Assembly: GCA_037441675.1 (NCBI GenBank)
Contig: JBBIRS010000005.1
Location: 1-11,622 of the forward strand
Direction of reading: 5' to 3'
Length of the DNA: 11,622 nt
From: Planctomycetales bacterium
GTDB taxonomy: Bacteria; 4484-113
Below the pieces are notes generated by a model. That model was not told where the DNA came from. It did no database searches and saw only the letters and a program-made list of their open reading frames with translations. Numbering within the stretch: position 1 is the stretch's first letter; every line of letters starts with the position of its first letter. Positions 1 through 6,714 of the stretch are shown one piece after another. Position numbers and translations under genes: made by a program.

Positions 1-114
1 GCGTTTTCGGCGATGGCACGGGCGCCGTCTTTGCCGGCGAGAAAGCGGTCCAGAGAGCTATTCTGGCGGCGCGGGCGATAGAAGAAAAAGTTCGGCAGAT
101 TCAAGCGATTCCAT

Positions 115-1716
115 GTGCGGGGGATTGAGGCGCCTTGGCGAGTGCGCTTTGGAATCTCTTTCGGCGATGCTACGGTGGTTTCTTACGCCGAAGAATTACA
201 GAAAAAAGCTCGCCCGGGTGAGTTTAGCGTTGTGCTGTCAAATTCCGCCCAGAAAAAACTCTCTGCAGAAAGCGAGGTCTTCTACAAAGAGGAAGTAGAC
301 GCCTACACGGTGGGGGAGTTATCCCTTAGTGATATAAGTTTTAACCCCACAGAATTGGCGGTTATTTTACCGGAGAAGCCGAAAGAGATTGCCGAATGGA
401 TTTCTTTCCGGGAGAGGCACTTAAGCCAAACTCGGCGGGAGGAGGTGAGAAACCAGTTTTATCTCAAGCGAGAGCCGGAGCCGGATATGCTGCCGATTAG
501 CACTCTCTTTGTCCGTTTAGACGGTTTGGATATGGAAAAAGTGCAGCCGGAAAAAGCCAACGCCTTTATGTCGGCCGTTTTCGAGATCGCCAGCGATTTT
601 AGAGGCAAGGTGCACAAAGTGCATCACGACTCGGTGATGATTAACTTCATCGCCGGCGACCATGAGCTGAACAGCACCATGGCTGCCATCAGCATCAAAG
701 AAGAAGTAGAAAATCTCAAACAGAAGTTTGGCGAAAAAGATATCAACTTGGCGATGGCCTGCACCAAGGGCCATGCCTTTCTTTTGGTCGTGGGCGGCAA
801 CAGCACCGTTTATGGGGAAAGCGTCAATAGGGCCTCGCGCCTGCTTTACGCCAACAACCCCGGCGGAGGCTTGGTGGTGGATGAAACCACTTTTCAGATG
901 ATCAACCGGGCGCGGGTCGATTATGAAGCTTTGCGACCGATCCAACTCAAGGATTATCCGGCACCGCTTAAGTTCTTTCTGATTAAGGATATTGTAACGA
1001 TGACCTTCCCCCACATTGAAGCGGAGAAGGTGGTCGGTTTGGAGAAGGAACTTCAACTTCTCAACCAGTATTACGAGGAAGCCAAAGAAGAAGGCAGGGT
1101 AGCGGCGGTTAAAGGTCCTTCCGGTATCGGAAAAACTTTACTGTTTGCTTCCTTTATCCGCGATAAAGAAGAGCACGGCGTCAAGGTGATTGAGGGAAGA
1201 GCCGAAAGGGCGACCCAGAATATCTCCTTTGCGGTTTGGAAGGGGATTTTGGAGAGCGCTTTTACTTTGCAGAATGTCGCCGAGGCGGCTAAAAAGCAGG
1301 CGATTATTGAGGAGTATTTCAGGGTCAACAATCTCTGGGAGAGATACGGCGATAAATTGGCTCTGCTCAATGCGATTTTGGAGCCCTCCTTTCCAGAAGC
1401 CGATGCTATTCGTTATCTCTCCTCGGATGAGCGGAAGGAGATGAGAGCCGAGCTAGTGGCTGAGATCTTGAAGAGCTTTGCCGCCCTCAATCAGACGGCG
1501 ATCGTCTTTATGGAGGATGTGCATTTATTTGACCGCGACTCAGCCGATCTGGCGCTGAAAGTTTTGCCTAAGTTAGAAAAAAACAGTTCGCTTGAGGTTT
1601 TGACTACCTGGATTGAGGGGGAAGAGGGAGTGAAAGAGGGAATCTTTGAAAAAATCCGCAAGCTGGGCTGGAGGGTGTTTGATGAAAAAAAGAATTCCGA
1701 ACCCTGCGGGAGCTAA
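115..1716 (+). CDS. Fragment 2 of the cyclase-STAND gene: end of cyclase domain 1, cyclase domain 2 and AAA/STAND ATPase
   Basis: 533-aa ORF (frame open from 82) with RVRFGISFG, STLFVRLDGL, VYGESVNRASRL, IQLKDY, VVGLEKEL, GPSGIGKT and MEDVHLFD. The GTG at 115 is probably not a true start because the cyclase domain continues upstream in another frame. Confidence 0.75.
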   Translation: MRGIEAPWRVRFGISFGDATVVSYAEELQKKARPGEFSVVLSNSAQKKLSAESEVFYKEEVDAYTVGELSLSDISFNPTELAVILPEKPKEIAEWISFRERHLSQTRREEVRNQFYLKREPEPDMLPISTLFVRLDGLDMEKVQPEKANAFMSAVFEIASDFRGKVHKVHHDSVMINFIAGDHELNSTMAAISIKEEVENLKQKFGEKDINLAMACTKGHAFLLVVGGNSTVYGESVNRASRLLYANNPGGGLVVDETTFQMINRARVDYEALRPIQLKDYPAPLKFFLIKDIVTMTFPHIEAEKVVGLEKELQLLNQYYEEAKEEGRVAAVKGPSGIGKTLLFASFIRDKEEHGVKVIEGRAERATQNISFAVWKGILESAFTLQNVAEAAKKQAIIEEYFRVNNLWERYGDKLALLNAILEPSFPEADAIRYLSSDERKEMRAELVAEILKSFAALNQTAIVFMEDVHLFDRDSADLALKVLPKLEKNSSLEVLTTWIEGEEGVKEGIFEKIRKLGWRVFDEKKNSEPCGS

Positions 1717-2075
1717 CTGATAAAGAGAAAGATGATTTGGTGGATGGGGAGGTAAACCGGGCGCTGGTGGCTGTTGGCCTCTGGCGTTCAATTGGGGACA
1801 GAAAGCGCACTCTCAAGATTGTTGAGTCGGCCAAAATTCTCTTCGCCGAAACCTACCCGCCGTTTGAGCGGATGGAACTTCACGACCAGCTGATTTGGGC
1901 GAGGTTTCACAAGGTGGTAGGTAAGGAGAAGATTTTTGCTGGATCTTTTGATGAAGCTTTGCTGGAGTTGCAACAAGGGAAGGAGTTGCTGGAGGAGCTC
2001 CCGGTGGAATCCGACGGAGATAAGGCGGCGGAGCTCGGAGACCTTAGAGCCGAACTTTTGGGCGTCTTCGGTTGA
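1692..2075 (+). CDS. Fragment 3 of the cyclase-STAND gene: post-ATPase segment and start of helical/TPR region
   Basis: Frame 3 opens at 1686 (TGA at 1683-1685) and reads EFRTLRELTDKEKDDLVDGE..., matching the LxxLxxxExxxLV segment that follows STAND ATPase cores. It includes the ORF-track call 1737..2075. Confidence 0.55.
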   Translation, partial: EFRTLRELTDKEKDDLVDGEVNRALVAVGLWRSIGDRKRTLKIVESAKILFAETYPPFERMELHDQLIWARFHKVVGKEKIFAGSFDEALLELQQGKELLEELPVESDGDKAAELGDLRAELLGVFG

Positions 2076-2081
2076 TTTTAT

Positions 2082-2981
2082 ATGGAGCTGCATCAGCCCG
2101 CCGAAGCGCTTAGGTGGTACCAAGAGGCTTTATCTTGGGCCACCGGGTATGAGATCAGGTATTCGTTAAGTCTGGACTTGGCGATTGTTTACAAAGATTT
2201 GGGGGAAACGAAACAGGCTGAGAGCGGTTTTAAGTCTCTTTTAGCTACGGCTCGCGAGAGAGGCGAGAAGGGAGACGAAGCGGTGGTTTTAAACAATCTG
2301 GGGGAGGTCGCCACAAGAATGGGGCAGTTGGATATAGAAGAAGATTATTACGAAGAGGCGATGAAATTAGCTACCAATCTTTCCAAAACCACCAGCGTTT
2401 ACTACGCCAGAGGGAGTATAGCTTTTTTGAAAAGAATACGGGAAGATTATGCCTCTGCCGTTCAACTGTTTGAAGAAGCCGCTCAATATTTTGAGAAGAG
2501 CGGTTTTGTCCGCAATGCTGGAATAGCTAAGGCGGAGCAGGCATTCTGTTTAGTCAAGCTTGGCCGATTCGGCAAGGCGGAAGAACTTCTCACCGGTTTG
2601 GTTAAGAACGGCCAAAAATTTCTCCGAGGTCGCGCCTATACTCTCGGAGCGATGTTGGAGGCTGAGTCATCGGGCAGTGTTGCCGGCACTACTCTCGAGA
2701 AGTTTAATCAAGGAATCGAGCTGTTGCGGGAAAGCGGCAAGGAAGACGATTTAGCTTTTGACCTTCTCTACTTTGGGGAGCTAGAGATAAAGCACGGCAG
2801 AGTTCAAGAGGGCCTAGCGAAGGTGCGGGAGGCGAAAGAGATTTATGAAAGAATCAAAGACCTATCAGAGATGAAAAAGATCGAGGGGATACTGAGAGAA
2901 TACGGGGAAGAAGGCAAAGAGCTAAGCCGACACCAAAAAGCCAAGAGAGGAGGGAAAAGGAAGAATGCGGACTTAGAATAA
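2082..2981 (+). CDS. Fragment 4 of the cyclase-STAND gene: tetratricopeptide repeat (TPR) region
   Basis: 299-aa ORF with TPR-like units (LSLDLAIVYKDLGETKQAESGF; VLNNLGEVATRMGQLDIEEDYYEEAM; LLYFGELEIKHGRVQEGLAKVREAKEIY). Same frame as fragment 3, separated only by TGA-TTT-TAT. Confidence 0.75.
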   Translation: MELHQPAEALRWYQEALSWATGYEIRYSLSLDLAIVYKDLGETKQAESGFKSLLATARERGEKGDEAVVLNNLGEVATRMGQLDIEEDYYEEAMKLATNLSKTTSVYYARGSIAFLKRIREDYASAVQLFEEAAQYFEKSGFVRNAGIAKAEQAFCLVKLGRFGKAEELLTGLVKNGQKFLRGRAYTLGAMLEAESSGSVAGTTLEKFNQGIELLRESGKEDDLAFDLLYFGELEIKHGRVQEGLAKVREAKEIYERIKDLSEMKKIEGILREYGEEGKELSRHQKAKRGGKRKNADLE

Positions 2982-3367
2982 AACGGACGCTCAAGAATCA
3001 TTATCAAACGCTACTTTTGGCGACAATCTGATTGAGCCTACCATTTGAGGCACTAAAAGTGGATCGTTTATCCCTAAATACGCCTATACTTACGGAAAGT
3101 ATACCCTAGATAGAGCTTCCGCCTAGTCCTAGAAGCCTTTTCTCCAATTCGAACTAAATACGCCTACTCCTAGACACTTTTTCTTGTTTTCCCTTTTTTA
3201 CCCGACTTCCCCACTCTTGCAAGAATTCCGCGCCAAGAAAAGTAGAAAATCTGAGAAAAACGAACCCATCACGCAACTAGAACTTACTACCCGATAACCA
3301 CCTAAACACCCAAGAAACCCAGCTACCGCCTTCACGCCCAACCAAAACCTACCGCACCAACTACCAC

Positions 3368-4510
3368 TTACACCCCGATACTTGTTCCCTCAAGGGTTGG
3401 AGTTTCTCTTTCTCGAAGTTCGCGACTGCTCTTCACGCCTGCTGCCGCCGCCGAGGAAATAAGCCTCTGAAGATTTCCCACGTTGCCCGCGTGTGCTAGC
3501 GCCACCTCCAAGGTTATCAGCCTGTCCAAGTACCTATCCCTTAGACACTGGTCCATAGTCATCATTCCCATCTTTGAATGCGTCATCATCACAGAGTGAA
3601 TCTGGAACTCCTTTCTCTCTCTGATGAGATTTCTAATGGCTGGAATGTTCAGCATAACTTCAAAAGACGCCACCCTTCCACCGCCGTCAGCCAGTGGCAA
3701 CAACTGCTGGCTCATAATGCACTGAAGTGAATTTGCCAACTGCGCCCTGATTTGGTCTTGCTGATCAGGCGGGAAAACATCAACAATTCGGTCAATTGTT
3801 AGCGGTGCGTTGTTAGTGTGCAGAGTCGCAAATACCAAGTGTCCCGTTTCAGCTGCAGTAATTGCGGTTGCGATAGTCTCAAGGTCACGCATCTCACCCA
3901 CCAAAATCACGTCTGGGTCCTGCCTCAGCACTCTTTTTAGCGCGCCACTGAAGGACAACGTGTCCCTTCCCACTTCTCTCTGATTTACGTTACACCTCTT
4001 GTGTTGATGCACATACTCAATTGGGTCTTCTAGCGTTACAATGTGGAGGTCTTTGGTTTCATTGATTACGTTAATCATTGCCGCGAGTGAGGTTGTTTTT
4101 CCACTGCCTGTTGGTCCAGTCACAAGCACGAGACCACGCGGTAACATAATCACTTCCTTCATTATCGGCGGAAGAAGCAATTCCTCCATCGTTGGTATCT
4201 TTTCGGAAATGGCTCTCATAGTGCAGTAGATGCTTCCCCTCTGGAAGCCTAGGTTGCACCTAAACCTTCCGATGCCTTTCTGCGCGTAACCGAAGTCAAG
4301 CTCTCTCTCCAGTTCGAACTTCTTCCGTTGATCCTCCCTAATCATTGAAAAGGAAAGCTCACGAACATCATCAGGTGTTAATGGCTTGTAATCAAGCCTC
4401 ACCAGACGTCCGTGAACCCTTAGCGTTGGAGGAACTCCAGCAGTGAGATGCAAATCAGATGCGGAATGCTCTACCAACTGAACTAGCAGATCAAGTATTG
4501 TGTATTCCAT
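3368..4510 (-). CDS. pilT: Type IV pilus retraction (twitching motility) ATPase PilT
   Basis: 380 aa; ASDLHL, Walker A GPTGSGKTT, TLEDPIE, LRQDPDVILVGEMRD, His box TGHLVFATLHT and the PilT-diagnostic AIRNLIRE motif. SD-like GAGG/AAGGAG lies upstream of the ATG. Confidence 0.96.
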   Translation of the reverse strand: MEYTILDLLVQLVEHSASDLHLTAGVPPTLRVHGRLVRLDYKPLTPDDVRELSFSMIREDQRKKFELERELDFGYAQKGIGRFRCNLGFQRGSIYCTMRAISEKIPTMEELLLPPIMKEVIMLPRGLVLVTGPTGSGKTTSLAAMINVINETKDLHIVTLEDPIEYVHQHKRCNVNQREVGRDTLSFSGALKRVLRQDPDVILVGEMRDLETIATAITAAETGHLVFATLHTNNAPLTIDRIVDVFPPDQQDQIRAQLANSLQCIMSQQLLPLADGGGRVASFEVMLNIPAIRNLIRERKEFQIHSVMMTHSKMGMMTMDQCLRDRYLDRLITLEVALAHAGNVGNLQRLISSAAAAGVKSSRELRERETPTLEGTSIGV

Positions 4511-4544
4511 ATCGCCTCAATTCTCCTTTCCTGAGTCTTATTTT

Positions 4545-4565
4545 ATTATAGCGCCAAATGTGCCA
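4545..4565 (-). promoter_or_regulatory. Candidate internal promoter for pilT (TATAAT -10 box overlapping a sigma54-like GG-N10-GC)
   Basis: Minus strand reads TTGGCACATTTGGCGCTATAAT. Perfect TATAAT at 4550-4545; TGGCAC...GC with 10-nt spacing. No well-spaced -35 box. Confidence 0.45.
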
Positions 4566-4597
4566 ATTCAAAGCAAGTTAGATGCAAAAGCTTAAAG

Positions 4598-6412
4598 TTA
4601 AGCTATCTCGGAAAAACCTTCAACTTCAGCGAGTCTTGGTGCGGTCTCAGCCAAACCGCCTCTAATTGCGGAGATGGCGACCCGCTCTTCCTCGACCTCG
4701 CTCTCGTAATCAGGTCTAACCACTCTGAGAGCTTCGGCTAGGCTAGTAGTCCCATTAAGAACTTTCTTCACTGCGCTTTCCCAAAGGGTGACCATACCTT
4801 CCCGTCTCGCTTGCGCTCTAATTACGTGGAGTGAAGTTGTAGTCATTATCAAATTCTTAATCTGGTTAGACATTCTAAATATCTCAAAGATACCGGTTCT
4901 ACCCAAGTAACCTACATGCTTGCAAAACTTGCATCCTACAGGCTTATACAAAATTGGCGCTCTATCCGAGTACTTACTCTCATCGTATGCGCCCTTCAAG
5001 TAAGCAAGCTCAGCCTCGGTTGCCTCATAGGCTTCCTTGCAATGGGGGCAGAGCTTTCTCACAAGTCTCTGTGCCATAACGCCGATAACTGAAGCATTGA
5101 TCAAATACGGTGGAGTTCCAAGGTTTTCCAATCTTGGGATTGCGCCCGGCGCATCGTTGGTGTGCAAAGTGGAGAAGACTAAGTGTCCAGTTAGAGCTGC
5201 ATTCACCGCAAGGTCAGCGGTTTCACCATCACGTATCTCACCAACCATAATAATATCCGGGTCCTGACGCACGACCGTCCTTAGGCCGGAGGCGAAGGTA
5301 AGTCCCACCTTCGGGTTCACATGAACTTGGTTAATCTTGTCCAGTTGATACTCAACCGGGTCTTCAATGGTTACAACATTTACGTTTTCCGTTGCGAGTT
5401 TCGCCAGCGCAGCAATTAGCGTCGTGGATTTACCACTTCCAGTAGGACCAGTGATGAGAATGATGCCGTGTGGCTGTTCAATCAGTGAATTGAAAATATC
5501 AAGCTCGCTCTCATCAAAACCCAAGTCTGTGAGCTTATAATCCTGAGCGCTCTTATTTAGTAGCCTCATCACGATTTTTTCGCCAAAAATAGTGGGAAGA
5601 GTGGAAAACCTTATATCAAACTGGGTATTATTCACGTCTAAATCAATTCTTCCGTCCTGAGGTTTTCTCCTTTCAGAAGTATCTAGCTTTGCCATAATCT
5701 TGAGCCTGGCGGTTACTGCGGGGATAGCGCTTTTGGGAACTTCGAGTATCTTGTGCAGCATTCCATCAACACGGTATCGCACAACCATATGATCGCTTTT
5801 AGGTTCAAGATGAATGTCGGACGCCCTATAATCAACCGCGCCATTGAGAATTGTGTCCACAAGCTTGACAATGGGCGCATCCTCTATTTCTTTTAGAGTT
5901 GCGCTGTCTATTAAGCTTTCGTCAATTATGTATCCCTTTTTAATCCTATCCTTCTGGAATTCTTCGATAGATTTTTGCGCCTCGTGGGATACTCCGAAGA
6001 ATTGGTCAAAGGCGAACTGAATCGCACTCGGGCTTGTTATTCTCGGTTCAATTTCATTTCCAGTCGAAAGCCTAATATCATCAAGGGCAAGTAAATTGAG
6101 CGGATCAACCATTGCAACAATGAGCTTGTTGCCCTCACGCCTAACCGGAAATGCCTGATGCCTTTTAATCATATCAGGCGGAAGTAAGCGAGCAACCTCA
6201 GGCTCAATTTTCTCCTCATACAGGTCTATTCGTTGAAGTCCCAACTGGTTCGCTAGAACTTGTTCTATCTCATCCTCAAGCGCTAACTGCATGTCCACTA
6301 TCAATTCGCCCAATCGTTTGCCCGTTTCCTTTTGTCTTTCTAGGGCTTCCGCTAATTTATCCTTAGACAGGATGCCCGCCTCAATCAACATTTCTCCTAG
6401 CTTCTTATTCAT
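4598..6412 (-). CDS. pilB: Type IV pilus assembly ATPase PilB (GspE/PulE family) with N-terminal MshEN motifs
   Basis: 604 aa; N-terminal KLGEMLIEAGILSKDKLAEALERQ and RLGELIVDMQL; ASDIHLEP, Walker A GPTGSGKST, TIEDPVE, RQDPDIIMVGEIRD, LTGHLVFSTLHTND, zinc motif CPHC...CKFC. Directly upstream of pilT; AGGAG lies 10 nt before the ATG. Confidence 0.93.
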   Translation of the reverse strand: MNKKLGEMLIEAGILSKDKLAEALERQKETGKRLGELIVDMQLALEDEIEQVLANQLGLQRIDLYEEKIEPEVARLLPPDMIKRHQAFPVRREGNKLIVAMVDPLNLLALDDIRLSTGNEIEPRITSPSAIQFAFDQFFGVSHEAQKSIEEFQKDRIKKGYIIDESLIDSATLKEIEDAPIVKLVDTILNGAVDYRASDIHLEPKSDHMVVRYRVDGMLHKILEVPKSAIPAVTARLKIMAKLDTSERRKPQDGRIDLDVNNTQFDIRFSTLPTIFGEKIVMRLLNKSAQDYKLTDLGFDESELDIFNSLIEQPHGIILITGPTGSGKSTTLIAALAKLATENVNVVTIEDPVEYQLDKINQVHVNPKVGLTFASGLRTVVRQDPDIIMVGEIRDGETADLAVNAALTGHLVFSTLHTNDAPGAIPRLENLGTPPYLINASVIGVMAQRLVRKLCPHCKEAYEATEAELAYLKGAYDESKYSDRAPILYKPVGCKFCKHVGYLGRTGIFEIFRMSNQIKNLIMTTTSLHVIRAQARREGMVTLWESAVKKVLNGTTSLAEALRVVRPDYESEVEEERVAISAIRGGLAETAPRLAEVEGFSEIA

Positions 6413-6467
6413 TGAAGCATATCTCCTGACGATAATTGTTTCTTCGCCTCATTTAGGCTAATACTTT

Positions 6468-6496
6468 TTTATAACACGCATAGCCCTCTAAGTCAA
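6468..6496 (-). promoter_or_regulatory. Sigma70-type promoter for pilB-pilT
   Basis: Minus strand TTGACT (6496-6491), 17-nt spacer ending in TGt (extended -10), TATAAA (6473-6468). Confidence 0.7.
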
Positions 6497-6573
6497 ATCG
6501 TAAGGTTCAACTGATGAGAGAAACGCTATTACGAGAGGGATGCGCAAGTATAAATTAGACTCACGATTATCTT

Positions 6574-6617
6574 TTAATGTTCCAAGCCAATTCTATTAAT
6601 GTTCCAAACTTATTCTC
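6574..6617. repeat. Tandem 22-bp direct repeat (2 copies), candidate regulator binding site
   Basis: TTAATGTTCCAAGCCAATTCTA / TTAATGTTCCAAACTTATTCTC, 18 of 22 identical, with the 12-bp core identical at 6574-6585 and 6596-6607. Lies in the divergent pilB/ubiD spacer. Confidence 0.65.
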
Positions 6618-6695
6618 TTATTTAATAAATGACCGCACCACAACTTCTATTTATAAAGTCTAGATGTTAATTGTCTCCAATTATCTTCAACAACT

Positions 6696-6704
6696 TGGTA
6701 TACT
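6696..6704 (+). promoter_or_regulatory. Extended -10 promoter element for the UbiD-family gene
   Basis: TGgTATACT ends 10 nt before ATG 6715; no Shine-Dalgarno sequence in between. Confidence 0.5.
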
Positions 6705-6714
6705 TTAACTTTAT

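Larger units (their letters stand above)
3..2981 (+). pseudogene. Disrupted adenylate/guanylate cyclase (tandem class III domains) - STAND P-loop ATPase - TPR protein; 5' end lies outside the window
   Basis: Frame 3 from base 3 reads VFGDGTGAVFAGEKAVQRAILAARAIEEK (cyclase GD motif and helix). It continues in frame 1 (RVRFGISFG; second domain VYGESVNRASRL; Walker A GPSGIGKT; Walker B IVFMEDVHLFD), then in frame 3 from ~1692 (LRELTDKEKDDLV), across an in-frame TGA at 2073-2075, into TPR-like repeats ending at TAA 2979-2981. Sequence errors or recoding cannot be told apart from real decay. Confidence 0.75.

Noticed and set aside
517..1834. Minus-strand and alternate-frame ORFs (517..1056, 624..806, 1071..1370, 1190..1444, 1573..1791, 1604..1834)
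   Set aside because: They overlap the motif-bearing cyclase/ATPase frames and show no recognisable motifs; shadow ORFs.
2073..2097. Selenocysteine insertion at the in-frame TGA (hairpin GCTG-CAT-CAGC 11 nt downstream)
   Set aside because: Only a 4-bp stem with no SECIS-like G-containing loop, and a TPR helix is not a plausible Sec site.
2947..3030. Possible remnant gene start (GAGGAGG then ATG 2965)
   Set aside because: It stops after three codons (ATG CGG ACT TAG), and neighbouring frames give only short, unrecognisable peptides.
3217..3236. Sigma54-like TGGCGC...TTGCA on the minus strand
   Set aside because: GG-to-GC spacing is 12 nt rather than the required 10, and there is no gene to drive.
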